Source of the DNA: Octopus sinensis
Taxonomy: Eukaryota
Assembly: GCF_006345805.1 (NCBI RefSeq)
Contig: NC_043006.1
Location: forward strand, 68,014,001 to 68,078,000
Direction: 5' to 3'
DNA: 64,000 nucleotides
Shown here: piece by piece, positions 24,806 through 37,815 of the stretch
How positions within the stretch are numbered: the stretch's first letter is position 1
Layout of the letters: each line of letters begins with the position of its first letter
Translations under genes and position numbers: made by a program
The notes under the pieces: generated by a model
The model's input: only the letters and a program-made list of their open reading frames with translations
What the model was told of the DNA's origin: nothing
Databases searched by the model: none

Positions 24806-25724
24806 AGACTATCAATTAATATAAGTAAGCTTTAGTGTTTATCAATAATGAGGTGTTCAACATTTCAGTCTTAAAACTTGATTATTTGTCTAAATATTTG
24901 TGAATTTATTCAAATTCTTAAGAATGAAGTGCAGTGTTTTTGGAGAATGAACTGAAATCTTACTGCTTTCCTTTATCAAGTTGTGGTTCATTACAGGAGA
25001 AAGAGTTTTGTTAAATTTGCTTGAAATAACAGCTTTAGAAATATGATAATGAGTGCTGGTGCCACATAAAATCCACCCAGTACACTCTGTAAAGTAGCTG
25101 ATATTAGGAAGGGCGTCCAGTTGTAGAAACCATGCCAAACAGATAATTGGAACCTGGCGCAGCTCTCCAGCAGGCCAGCTCTTGTCATAACATCCGACCC
25201 ATGCCAGTATAGACAACAGATGTTAGATGTTGATGATGATGATGGTGATGGTGATATACCTCTAATGGCAAAAAATATTTGTTTGGCCAAAAGAGAACAT
25301 AGATTTGTCTAAAAATATAAACTAAAATGGCACCTATATCTTCTTATTTTTCTCTGGAAAATAAGCCAGCTTTGAGCCACTTCTTTGTAATACATTCTTG
25401 GCAGCTAATTTAAACTTTAAAGAGTTACTAGAGAAATAGTTGACTACAAGTAATGATCAAAATACTTGATGAGTGACATGGAAGGTATTAGGGTTATCTT
25501 TGCCAGCTTCATTTAACATCCATTTTTTCATGAGTTAGATTTTCTACTGCCAGATGTCCTTCCATTTCCCAATTTTTATCTGTTTCCAAAACAGGTACTT
25601 TTCACATGGTCAGACATGTTTCCATGGAAGAATAGAAATAAAGGTTATTACTTTCATACAGTCACATACATTTGCAACTACCAAATGGAATCAAGTCGAG
25701 ATGCTAACACACACACACACGCAC

Positions 25725-25795
25725 AAACATACATACATATGACAGGCCTCTTTCAGTTTCTGCCTACCAAATTCACTCACACACACACACACACA

Positions 25796-25833
<38 letters not shown>

Positions 25834-26015
25834 ACACACACATGCATACATACATGTGACAGGCATCTTTCAGTTTCTGCCTACCAAATTCACTCACAAG
25901 GCTTTGGTCAGCTCTTGGGTTCAAGTAGAAGACACTTGCGCAAAGTGTCACACCGAGGACTGAACCCAAGATCATGTGATTGGGAAGCAAATTTCTTACC
26001 ACACAACCATGCCTG
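25725..26015 (-). mobile_element. Family B SINE 5' half with a local ~55-bp duplication around (CA)n
   Basis: tttcagtttctgcctaccaaattcactcac occurs twice (~25751 and ~25868), separated by (CA)n. Confidence 0.75.
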
Positions 26016-26195
26016 CATAGATTATGTGGCTGTGGGTACATTGGTGTGACAGTAGTCCATATATATATTATATAATATAGCAATTGCGTGTTGTTGTTGT
26101 TGTATAACTCTATCTACCAGAAGTATTTGAGATTTTTCACTGCTACAATAAAAGTTGCTAGATGTCAAAAACAATGTTTTGTGTGTGTGTGTGTG

Positions 26196-26988
26196 TTACT
26201 TGGGAATACAGAATTCCTTTCCAATCCCACCAGACACAAAGCAAGACTTTTTTAGGGTGAAGACCCGCTTTTGGGGTGGCTAAGGGTGGCTCATGTCTCT
26301 TACTCCAGGATCGCTTTCTCTGAACATTTCGGTAGATAATCCATAACCCATCACCTGTCTCAATTTGCTTTTAAAAAGGCACGTTTTCATTCCGTTTATA
26401 AAGCGAATGACAGATGGAAATATGATCCAAAAGGTTCTTCTCACCCAACTCATGTGGTACCCAAACATCATAGTGATTTGTGTACCCAAGCTTTACCAGG
26501 TGCTCATGAACGATGGATTTTGATAGGTTGAGGCTTTCTGCCAATTTTTGGGTTGTGCAATGTGGGTTATTCTCAATTAATGACTTGATTAGGTCATCAT
26601 CTGTAGTGGATGGTCTGTCTGATCGCTCTTTATAAATAAGGCTACAATCTCCAGCTTGGAACCTTGCGAACCACTTCTGTACAGTTCTTTCAGATAAAGA
26701 AACATCATAAACTGTGCATATTTCTTTGGCTGCTTGCGAGGCATTTTTTCCTTTATGGAAAAAAAAAAAGTATCAAGTGCCGAAAATGAACTTTCTCGTG
26801 TTCCATTTTAAAGGGTTACAGAATTAACACAGGTTATAGGAACATAAACCTTCTTCCACGAAAAGATAGCTTAAACTGTGCTCTAAATAGAGGTGTAGTC
26901 AAATCTTATTTTGTGAACTCAACCATTTTCTAAAATAAGTCAAAAGGTAATCTACTTTAAATCGGCACAAACTTTCCGGACAACCCAA
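26196..26988 (-). mobile_element. Mariner (DD34D-type) transposon, 5' half with TIR; pseudogenised transposase
   Basis: TIR TATTGGGTTGTCCGGAAAGTTTGTGCCGATTT. ATG at 26806: MEHEKVHFRHL...TVQKWFARF...WVPHEL...IETGDGLWI...LCVWWDWKGILY. Frameshift in an A-run; truncated at (GT)n. Confidence 0.9.
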
Positions 26989-27004
26989 TATATATATATA
27001 TTAC

Positions 27005-27200
27005 TGGTGTTTTTTTTTCCTCCATCTTCCTTTTCTATTGGACTTTCCTCTGTCTCCTGTTTCTGAAGAAGAGCTTTGCCCGAAACATAAAACTAGCTTT
27101 CTTTCCTTCTCTGCACGTCTGCTAATACATTACATGTACCATGTCCTCATGTTGTCGAGTTTTGTGTTTGTTCTTCGTCTTTTTTGATTTACTATATATA
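27005..27200 (+). mobile_element. Probable Penelope-like element terminal-repeat relic containing a degenerate hammerhead motif
   Basis: gttt-CTGAAGA-agagc-ttt-gccc-GAAAC-a-TA-aaac at 27059-27093. Minimal type I hammerheads are an established hallmark of Penelope-like terminal repeats. Confidence 0.55.
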
Positions 27201-27222
27201 ACTACATACGTTTATATATGTA

Positions 27223-27263
<41 letters not shown>

Positions 27264-27286
27264 GTGTGTGTGTGTATGTATATATA

Positions 27287-27336
<50 letters not shown>

Positions 27337-27474
27337 CTCTTCAGGAAGACACTTGTTCCTGCCCCTTCATCATACTTCCACTTCTATTTCAATGCTACAC
27401 CCCACACCTTGGAGAGGTTTTGTCTTTTCAGTATTTGGTGAAAGCACTAGATTGGAAGATGTATGTGTGTGTGT

Positions 27475-27517
<43 letters not shown>

Positions 27518-28344
27518 TGTGTGTGTGTGTGTATAAGGCATAGAATTATAGCGAAGTTGGTGTGTTAACATTTTTAATATAGTTAACATTAAATCAATCT
27601 AATCTGAAATAACTGGGTGGTGTGGCAAATAGATAGACATTTAAGTGGATGTTGGCATAATGCTAGGAATTTACAAAAAAAAAAAAACGAAGAAAAAATA
27701 GCTACAAATAAATATGTGGTGAGGAAAATGAGTATTAGTTAATGCATTTAATATTGTTTTAAAAATTTCAACAAATTCATTAAGTTTTATTAAGGGCTCT
27801 CATCAGAGAAGTGTAGCTTTCCTTGCAGTTGCTAAAGATATCGTTGAAAGAATCACCAAGTTAATGCACAAGGCAGCACACAGATTGTAGCACCCTCCCC
27901 AAACCCCACTATTGTTCACAAGATTAATAACTCGATGATGCTTTCCTCAGCTAAACACTTGAAAAAGATCCACAATAGTACTTCTTTAAAACATGTCTCT
28001 GTCTCATCTGCTTGACGTGAATATTTAGTCAAATTTCATTTTCCCACCCAGAATGTATTCAGCTAAAACAGGATTTTTATTGAGAGCATGACTAACAAAT
28101 AACTTTGAGAGAACTTTGAATAGAAAGAAATGTTGTCTCTTTATTTTATGAGGTTTGATTGTTTGAATACCTGAAAAATATTGCAGTTTGATTCAGTTGA
28201 CTAGATGCTACCCAACATATCAAAATCTTCATAATCATAATTTTGCATTTGCTGTTTTCATTCTTTCACTGAATGAATTTTATTAATTCTAAAAGAAATA
28301 TGAATTATACAAATGAGCTAACATCCTGTATTGCATTCTTTCAG

Positions 28345-28557
28345 TCGGAGGTACTGTATGAAAATGTACAGCTAATACAGGCATTCATGAAAAACCCTCC
28401 CAAGATGGACAACAGTGTGTTTATAAAGAAATACAGTGAAAGCTGGGATATATATGAAGATAAATCAAATGGACAATCTTTCTACTACAACAAGGAATCA
28501 AAGAAGACCACTTGGAAACCCCCCAGGCCTGAGAAGCCTCCACCAGATATTCCTAAT
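28345..28557 (+). CDS. ARHGAP12: Internal coding exon with a WW domain, ARHGAP12/ARHGAP27-family Rho GTPase-activating protein
   Basis: Acceptor ttgcattctttcag| and donor aat|gtaagt. 213 nt, phase 0-0. Translates SEVLYENVQLIQ...SWDIYEDKSNGQSFYYNKESKKTTWKPPRPEKPPPDIPN. The W-x-YY-x-TW-x-PP WW motif preceded by a VYxN motif matches my recollection of ARHGAP12 (VYANLQ...WETHKDSSGRCYYYNRGTQERTWKPPR). Orthology within the ARHGAP9/12/15/27 family is not resolved from sequence alone. Confidence 0.85.
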
Positions 28558-29091
28558 GTAAGTATTCTGAAGTCTTTATTTGGCTTTGATTCAATCAATG
28601 TTTTGTTGCCAGCCATCAACATCTGAACAGTTAATAAATGTTGATATTTCAGTCGGTGTTTAGAGGTTAAGCTATTGATTAACCATACATATTGATATTA
28701 GCTTTTAGACATGCATATATTTAGATGCGTGTGAATACATATGTATATGTGTTTGTTTGTAACTGTGTATATCTAGCTCTATATGTGTGTAAATTTTTAA
28801 TTATTTCTTTTGATAGACCTAGAGCCAATTTTGTGATGGTTGTATGTGATTGTAATTGTTTTGGTGGTGGTAGTAGTAATAGTGGTGGTGATTGTGGTAG
28901 TTGTGATTGTGATGGTGGTGGTTATGGTGATAGGATGTAAATGAATGAGAAAACAGAATATGTTAACAGTAAAATACCTTAGTGACCCTGGACGGGTGAA
29001 AGACATTCCACTGACAGTATCTGAACTCTTAATAGTAGAGCATTAAATGCTAGATAGCTTAATGATTATTATCATATATATATATATATAT

Positions 29092-29313
29092 AGTGTGGCC
29101 CAAAAGTAGGTTTACAGTTATTCAACTATCTCGTTTGCGCTCATATATCAACAGTTTAGATCTTGATTATAAAAAAATTTGAACCCATTATTCTATGCCA
29201 ATTTAGTTAATTTTTTCAGTTTGTAAGATAAAAATTTAAATGTAATAAAATGTTTTAAAAAGAAATTCAAAGTGCCTACATGATAACTGTAAACCTACTT
29301 TTGGGCCACCCTG
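29092..29313. mobile_element. ~220 bp Tc1/mariner-type MITE
   Basis: TIRs GTGGCCCAAAAGTAGGTTTACAGTT / AACTGTAAACCTACTTTTGGGCCAC, ending CCTG|TA. Confidence 0.85.
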
Positions 29314-30415
29314 TATATAAATGTATGTAGGTGCAGTTAGTGTGATTGATATTTGGTGTTGATAGGTGATAGACATGTTCTAGAGGGTGCAGTTTTGTAG
29401 GTGGAATAGAATATTTACTAAGGAAGTTTCAGTGGAGAGAAGTTAGAAAGTACATCAACAGGTGTTGTTATACTGTAGGTGTGGTGCTGAGGAGCAACTG
29501 CTGCTGTAGTAACAATAGAAGAGACAAAAAGAGAAGACATGACATGTTTGTGTTTCAGTTGTTTTAAAGACAAAGGGCAGGGTTGGATATCAGAAAACAT
29601 ATATGTAATTCTAAATAAATAAATTAATGATCAAACCCATAAATTTATTACCCTGTGCATGTAAGCGAAAGCAGGGTATTGTAACCATTTGTCTTTGTTT
29701 GCAAAACTACTGGAAAACGGTTGAACGGATTTTCACCAAATTTGGCAGAAATACTCATTGGTTGAGTGGCTTGAAATGATGAAAATTTGGTTTGATTATC
29801 ATCAAGCATACGTAAATACATACATACATAGATATGTGACTTTGTGTGTTTGTGTGTGTGTGTGTGCACATGTGTACAGTGATGGATTCGAGGATTTTGT
29901 TTATTATGAGTTGATTTCTTAATTTCACCAGAATATAAATACCTATAATGGTGAAAGACTTCTCAAATTCTTTGCAATATTTTCTATAAGTATTTCATTT
30001 TGTCCACTGTCTTTTTCATATGAATCAGCCCTCGTCTACGTGTGTATAGATCATGGTGTACCAATGCACATAAACATGTGTGGGTACATACATAGGTGTG
30101 TGTGTGTACAGTGATAGATTCAAGGGTTTCATTTATTTATGAGTTGATTTCTTAATTTCATTGGAGTATAAATACCTATAGTGGCAATACTTTAAAGGGG
30201 GGGAAAAATAGAAATGGAAAGAAGTCCATCATTGGCGATTTCTTTTCCTTCTTTGGACTTTTCTTTTTCTCCTTTCCGATAAAGAGCTATGCTCGAAATG
30301 TCAAACTCTCTCTTTTCACCGAGTATTAAGCTAATACATTCCTTGTGCATGTCTTCTTGCTGTCCATTAATTTTATTCATTTATTTGAATTGACTGTGTG
30401 TGTGTGTGTAAGAAC

Positions 30416-30439
<24 letters not shown>

Positions 30440-30446
<7 letters not shown>

Positions 30447-30660
30447 TGTATGTATGTATGTATGTGTGTCTTTGTGTTTGTCCTTCACCACCACTTGACA
30501 ACTGGTGTTGGTGTGTGCTTACATCCCCCATAACTTAGTGGTTCAGCAAAAGAGACCAACAGAATAAATAGGGGTCGATTTTTTTAACTAAAACCCTTCG
30601 AGGTGGTGCTCCAGCATGGCTGCAGCCAAATGACCAAAACAAGTAAGAGGTAAAAGAAAA
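30440..30660 (+). mobile_element. Family B SINE 3' half
   Basis: tttgtgtttgtcc...acaactggtgttggtgtg...cagcaaaagagacc...ctccagcatggctgcag...aaacaagtaagagg. Confidence 0.75.
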
Positions 30661-31849
30661 AGAAAGTGTATATTGGTGAATGCAAGTGTGCATGTGTATC
30701 TTTGAGCAAGTGCCTACTGTCCAACCTTTTTATCTATTACTAACCTCTTAACTATGTTTTATTGGTAGCTTAAAATTGTCATTGTTCTATAATAGTTTAG
30801 GTGTTGAATTTCCTATTTTCCTCAGACACTCCACTTCAGTTACAACCTATCCTTTTTTCTTTCTATTTTCTTTCTATTACTGATAATAAAAGAATGCTAC
30901 TAAATTTAAAGCTCAGCTTACCAACTGAGATTGGTAGATAGCAATAGATTGAATTAGTATTTTCTTCTGAAGATCAGTTATTTCCAAATGATTATGCAGT
31001 TGTTTATGTAATGACTACCACGCAATATAGTAGTGAAACACATGTAAAAATTATGTATTTTATGATGTTGTAATAGTTTAAGATCTGTTTTATTATCCTT
31101 TTTGATAAATATATATAGACACACACACATATATACATATATCATCATTTAACGTCCGTTTTCCATGCTATCATGAGTTGGACGGTTGGACTGGGCTCTG
31201 GGAAGCCAGGAGGCTGCACTAGGCTCCATTTAAACCAGCCATATCCTGCCCAAATATTCTACCCATTTTAAGTTCAAATCAACCATATCTGGTCTCTCAC
31301 ACCTATCCTACAATGTCATTCTAAAAATAAACAATCACATCCTTTGAAATCTTGAAGCTACAAGATAATACATGATTAATTCAAAACAATGTAAATGAAG
31401 AAACAATATTTGATAATGTACTTTGAAAACTAAAGGGTTAATACCAGGAGGGCAATGATACAGCTTTAAATATTTTCTACTAGGTTGATGGACAGCTGAC
31501 AGGGACCTTTGGAGCATCCCTATCATATATAGATGTAATAAGGTGTGTTTTACTGATCCGCTGTCATTACTCAACTGTTGTATTGCCATAGATGCGACCA
31601 CATGCTCACTGCCTGCCAGTCTTCTAAAATCTGCATAAATCATGTGGTTTGTACTTCTGTAGGAGATAACGAATACAGGATCTTCCTCTGTGTGTCTGGT
31701 CTATTTGACCTTTAAATAATGATGTGAACACCGGAGCGGAACTGCCCTACATCACCACAACCATCATTACCCCCACTTCTACCCTCTGCCAGTTATACTC
31801 CCACTAACTACGTCACCACTATCTCATTATCACTGCTGCTACCACCACC

Positions 31850-31886
<37 letters not shown>

Positions 31887-32354
31887 GTAGTAGTAGTAGT
31901 AGTAGTAGTAGTACCAGTACCAACACCTCTGCCATCATCACCACTGTGACCACCACCAACAACTGTGACATTCCTATGAAGGACCAATATATTTTTGCAG
32001 TCACTGTTGATGTCTGGTCTGGAAGACATTTGTGATTATAAGGGCAACTGTGTATCTGTGTGTGTGTATGTGTAATATGTGTACTGTCCCTGTGTCTGGA
32101 AATATATTCTGCAACACTACCACCACCACCACCATCACCATCACCACTTCTACCATCATAACCTATCTAACTTAATAACCACAGCCCATTAACCTCCTTC
32201 ACCACCCCACCACATTATCACTGCCACCACTATCATACTACTACCACCACCACCACCACCATTTCCATTGTGTGTATGTATTTGCAGATGTGCTTGTGTC
32301 CATGTGTGTGTACATGTCTGAAGATATATTGTCTGTATGCATACAACTTTTATC

Positions 32355-32564
32355 TTTTACTTCATTCAGTCATTTGACTGTGGCCATGCTGGGGCATCAC
32401 TGCCTTGAAGGGTTCTAAGTCAAACAAATCAACTCCAGGACTTATTTTTAAGCCTGGTACTTATTCTGTTGCTCTCTTTTTGCTGAACTACTAATTTACA
32501 GGGGTCATAAACTCACCAACTGAGTGGTGGGAGTGGGGACAAACATAGACACAAAGGCACACAG

Positions 32565-32613
<49 letters not shown>

Positions 32614-32778
32614 TACATTGATGGGCTTCTTTAAGTTTCCATCTACCAAATTCACTCACAAGGCTTTGGTCAGCACAAGGCTATAGTAGAAGACACTTAC
32701 CCAAGGTGCCTCACAGTGGGACTGAACTGGAACCATGTGGTTGGGAAGCAAGCTTCTTACCACACAGCCACCTCTGTG
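32355..32778 (-). mobile_element. Full-length family B SINE
   Basis: Reverse complement of the 14059 copy's architecture, with internal (TA)n. Confidence 0.85.
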
Positions 32779-33262
32779 CCTATATATATTATATATATAT
32801 ATATATATATACATATATATATAGCAATTAAAATCATGGATAAAATCTATAGAGGAATTTATCAAGTAGCTAGCATGAGAAACCAATTTAAGGTAAAAAT
32901 TGATACAAAGTGTATGATTTTATAACTATAATTAGAAAATTATGATAAAGGCAACTACCAAGTAATGCCACATGCTAGAAAAAGACACCAAATAGATCTA
33001 AATTACTTTATCTATCACATAGACACACACTGAAAGAGAGGGAAGGAACAAAAAAGATTTTTTGAAAAAGTTTAGCCAGTTTTTGTTCATTTCCTCACTT
33101 TCAGTGTGAGTCTATGTGATAGATAAAGTAGTTTAGATCCATTTGGTATCTTTTTCTAGCATGTGGCATTACTTGGTAGTTGTCCTTACAATTTTATAAT
33201 ATTTACAAAATTATATACTTTGAATACATACACACACACACACACACACATACAAACACACA

Positions 33263-33496
33263 TCATCATCATTATCGTTTAAGGTCCGCTTTCCATGCTA
33301 GCATGGGTTGGACGATTTGACTGAGGACTGGTGAACCAGATGGCTGCACCAGGTTCCAATCTTGATCTGGCAGAGTTTCTACAGCTGGATGCCCTTCCTA
33401 ATGCCAACCACTCCGAGAGTGTAGTGGGTGCTTTTACGTGCCACCGGCACGAACGTCAGTTAGCCGCTCTGGCAACGATCACGCTCAGATGGTAGT
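33263..33496 (-). mobile_element. RTE 3' UTR copy, short
   Basis: catcatc..cgtttaaggtccgctttccatgctagcatggg ... gtgccaccggcacg. A diverged copy lies at 34439-34620. Confidence 0.85.
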
Positions 33497-33504
33497 ATCC
33501 ATAC

Positions 33505-33553
<49 letters not shown>

Positions 33554-35578
33554 GAAGATTTAGTTGCTATTTCTTTTAATCAAGCAACCTTGTGGAGCCT
33601 ACATTGTCGGATGTTACTTTCTTAGTTTAAATTTGACAGAGGTCAATGTAGGATAGTTTGGTAAGATTAATTGATTTGAGGAATTAAGAAACTGATGTTT
33701 TTGGACTCTTCATCTGTAGATGAGGTTGAGAGTGAGTGACGGGGAGAGAGACAGAAAAGGAAGGGGTGTCAGGGGGTAAAAAATGTGGAATAGGAGGGGG
33801 ACAAAGGGGTGAGGGCTGGAAATAGAGAAGAAAAATAGAAGAAAGTATTGGCTGAAGAAGGAGAAAGTAGTGTTCAAGAAGAGATAAAGTTAGTAGGAGA
33901 CAAAGACTCTAACTGTTAAAGAGTTCAAAGAGAAATCTTGTTTGTATGTATCTTAATTCTGAAGGAGTGTTAAGGGAAAGTTTAGATTTAGCTCTGTGTT
34001 TTTTGACTTAATTTGAGAAAGAAAGGTAGCACCATTGAGCTTTAAGAAAAGTGGTTTGGAATCATTTTTTTATCTATGGACCCCTTTGATTACTACTTTA
34101 TTTGGTGGACCCCATAGCCATTTGATGTTTCAAAATTAGTTTTATAGATACTTCTTTAAAAATTCTTATTTTGTTTTTCACACATTAACTTGCATAGATT
34201 GAACTATGTAAAACGTTAGAGAAAGAAACCAAGCTGTTTCTTGCAATACATACATTTATGTCAAAACTTTACATGAACCCTACTGTGAATCCTTAATTTA
34301 CAATTTTGCTAGCATGGACTCCCAGAAATCTTATATGGACTCCCAGGAGTCATATGGACTCTGGTTAAAACTATTTAGAAGGTGCCTCCAAAACTTGTTG
34401 GGATGGGAAAGGAGGGAGAATCTGCAAGTGAAGTGTTTCTCATCATCATCATCATCATCATCATCATTTAATGTCATTTTCCATGCTGGCATGGGTTGGA
34501 CGGTTTTTACAGGGGGTTGGCTAGGCAGAAGACTGCATCAGGTTTCACTGTCTGTTTTGGCAGGGTTTTTACAGCTGGTTGCCTTTTCTAACACCAACCA
34601 TCTTACAGAGTGTTTTATTTGTATACATACACACACACTCACATACATACATACAGACAGACAGATAGATAGATAGACAGGTAGTCTATATCTATCTGCA
34701 GTTGGTAATAACACTTTATGATTTTGTTTTGTCTGTTTGCAAAAGAGTGAATTTTGCTAAAGGTTCACAATTATGTGAAATGGATAAATTTTTCTCATGA
34801 AAAAAGATTCTCAGTCTATTGTAGGAATAAATAATCTGATCTCTATTCGTCACTGACATAACATACACAATCAGTTCAACTCAGAAGCTACAAAATCCAT
34901 GGAATTTGAGTTTATGACTTAAGAATGAACATGTTGTTGAAGAAATATGTGGTTACTGTTTCTCTTAAACTGTATGACTGTGTGGTAGCTCCTCCATTAG
35001 TTTTGTCTGTTAGTTAAGATCAAAATATCAGAGGCTTGTTATATAAGAGCATCTCTTTTCTGATGATGTTCTCATTGGTGATTGTGGTGATGTTGTTGAC
35101 AGTAGAAGGGTGGTGGAGACAGTGGTGATGCCAGTGGTGTTGACAATAGTGGTAGTGGTAGTCAAAGAGTTAGTCAGCAATGGTAAGTTAAACTTTCAAA
35201 TACCCAACAATGAATACTTTCATTATACTTCTCCTTAACTGCCACCTTGTTGTACCATTTCACTTCCAGAAGCATCTCAACCACAATGCCAACCATTAAG
35301 CCTTGGAATATCACTCCCTCAACAAATGTAGCTGGTGGTAGTGGTGGGTGGTTGTTGGGGGTACTGATGCTACTGGTGGGGGAGGGTAATGGTGATGGTG
35401 GTACCAGCATTTGGAAATACCAGGATACCTAATATCTTACTATCTATTTTAATGAAGGAATACATACGCTCATGCAGATGTTTGCATGAACACTCACACT
35501 GACACATAATTATTCAAACACTTTGTGTGTGTATGTGTGTGTTTGTGCATATGTACATACATACAAACATGCATACAT

Positions 35579-35616
<38 letters not shown>

Positions 35617-36704
35617 AATACATATACAATATATACATACATATTACACTACACCCACACACACACGGTTGTGAATATTCTTATCATTATGGACTTAAAA
35701 CTTTGGTTATATCAATTAACCATAAGGAAAAAAATTATTCTGAGTAAATTTACAAAAACAAAGTTGCAGTGAGTTATTAAATTGTTGTGTTAATTAGATT
35801 TTCCTAATGTTTTACTGTGTAGTACCATTAAACATTGGAGCTCTTAATGCTGCCATACAAAGAAGTCTAGCAGTGCTATGGGCATTTAGCTTCACTCTTG
35901 TGGTGAAAGCTGTCTGTCACTTAACCCTTTAGCATTTGAACTGGCCATATTTGGCCAAAATATTCTACCTGTTATATCTTCAAACTGGCCAGATTTGGCC
36001 TCTCCCACCTACCCTACAGTATCATTCTAAAAATTAACTGTTACCTCATAAAAATCTCAAAGCTATGAGATAATGTATGATTAACTCAAAATAAAGTGAA
36101 TAAATAAGCATTACTTTTGATAGAATAATGTGAATAGACTACAGACAATAATAACCCCAGGCCATTGTCCATTTGACAGCTATACTGCAGCTACCAGTGT
36201 TTGATAATAATATAGATGATTTACTATCTAAATGGTTTGAATGTAATGAGTTATTTTAATCCCTGTATCTATTCTAATTTTGATAGCCATTTTGAGGAGG
36301 GCATGTCATCAACAGCCATCTTAATTTGGGTATCATCAACACTCCTAGCAATTCATTTTACTACTTTCTATATATAGATAATGTCGTGCAGTGAGGTAGC
36401 TCTTAGACGGCAATATTACCAATTAACCTTTTAGCATCCTGATTACTCTGTCAAATTTAATACTTATTCATTATTTTGATTTAATTTGATTTAATCATGC
36501 ATTATCTCATAGCTTTGAGATTTCAATTATGTGATTGTATATCTTTAGAATGACATTGTAGGGTAGGTGTAAGAGGCCAGATCTTGACAGTTTAAACATA
36601 AAATAGGTAGAATATATGGGCTGGATGTGGCTGGTTTAAATGTTAAAGGGTTAATGGATATCTTAATTAATGGTAGTGTCACCAATTGTCATTCATTACT
36701 CTTT

Positions 36705-37147
36705 TACTTGTTTCAGTCATTTGACTGTGGCCATGCTGGAGCACCGTTTTAGTTGAAGAAATCGACCCCAGGACTTATACTTTGTAAGCCTAGTACTTAT
36801 TCGATTGGTCACTTTTTGCTGAACCTCTAAGTTACAGGGACGTAAACCCACCAGCATCGGTTGTCAAGTGATGTTGGAGGGGACAAACACAGACACACAA
36901 ACATATATACACACATACATATATATGTGTCCAACCCGTGCTAGCACGGAAAACGGACGTTAAACGATGATGATGATGATATATATATACAACAGGCTTC
37001 TTTCAGTTTCTGTCTACCAAATCCACTCACAAGGCTTTGGTCGGCTCAAGGCTATAGTAGAAGACACTTGCCCAAGGTGCCACGCAGTGGGACTGAACCC
37101 GGAACCATGTGGTTGGTAAGCAAGCTACTTACCACACAGCCACTCCT
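36705..37147 (-). mobile_element. Full-length family B SINE with an RTE tail (36929-36980, + strand) inserted in its internal microsatellite
   Basis: gtccaacccgtgctagcacggaaaacggacgttaaacgatgatgatgatgat sits between the CA/TA halves. Confidence 0.85.
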
Positions 37148-37185
37148 CAATTTTTCAGCTGAACCCTAATAAGTTCATATATTAT

Positions 37186-37815
37186 AATGAATTTATTGTA
37201 TACAGTGCTCAGCTTCACTACAACTTATCAGGATGAGTAACCAAAACTGCATGAATAGTACATAGAATATGTGAAAGAAGTGAACTGTGAATAAGTCTAC
37301 AAAGAAAAAAAAATCAAACAAACTAAAAAAACAGGTGTGTTGGGGTCGTCTGTTTTACTGTTGGCAAAATTTCAGGTAGCATGGAAGCTTTGAAGGATGT
37401 AGTGTGTTGACAGCTAACAATTGATGCAGGTAGTTTATTCCATGCTTCAGCAATTCTGAGTATGAAAAAATGTTTCTGCAAATCATGGGTACTGTGTTGT
37501 TTTTGATTTTGTAAGCATGTCTGTGAGTGTTAGACATGAAATTGAAAAAGGTGCCCAAAGTTGTTGTTGGAAACATAGTGGATAATCTTGTGGATGTCTA
37601 CCAAGTCAGTTGCCAGACATCAGAGCTTTAGTGTGTCCATGTCCAGGGAAGCAGGGCATTCAGTGTATGGTAAATAAATGCCTGATGGTGGGTATTCGCC
37701 TGGTTGCATGTTTTTGAACAGTTTCCTGGAGATTGGTATGCTGAGTAAGATAGGGTTTCCAGACTGGTGATGCAAACCCTGTGGACGTTTCTCACAGGCC
37801 ACTGCGATGATATCA
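37186..37815 (-). mobile_element. CR1-group LINE 3' fragment
   Basis: Minus strand DLVDIHKII...HAYKIK...AEAWNKLP-like motifs across frameshifts. Shares its 3' UTR (tattgtatacagtgctcag...cactacaacttatca) with the 46459 copy. Confidence 0.8.

Noticed and set aside
1-28344. SH3-domain or other upstream exons of the ARHGAP12-like gene
   Set aside because: No SH3, PH or RhoGAP motifs found by eye on either strand; they probably lie outside the window.
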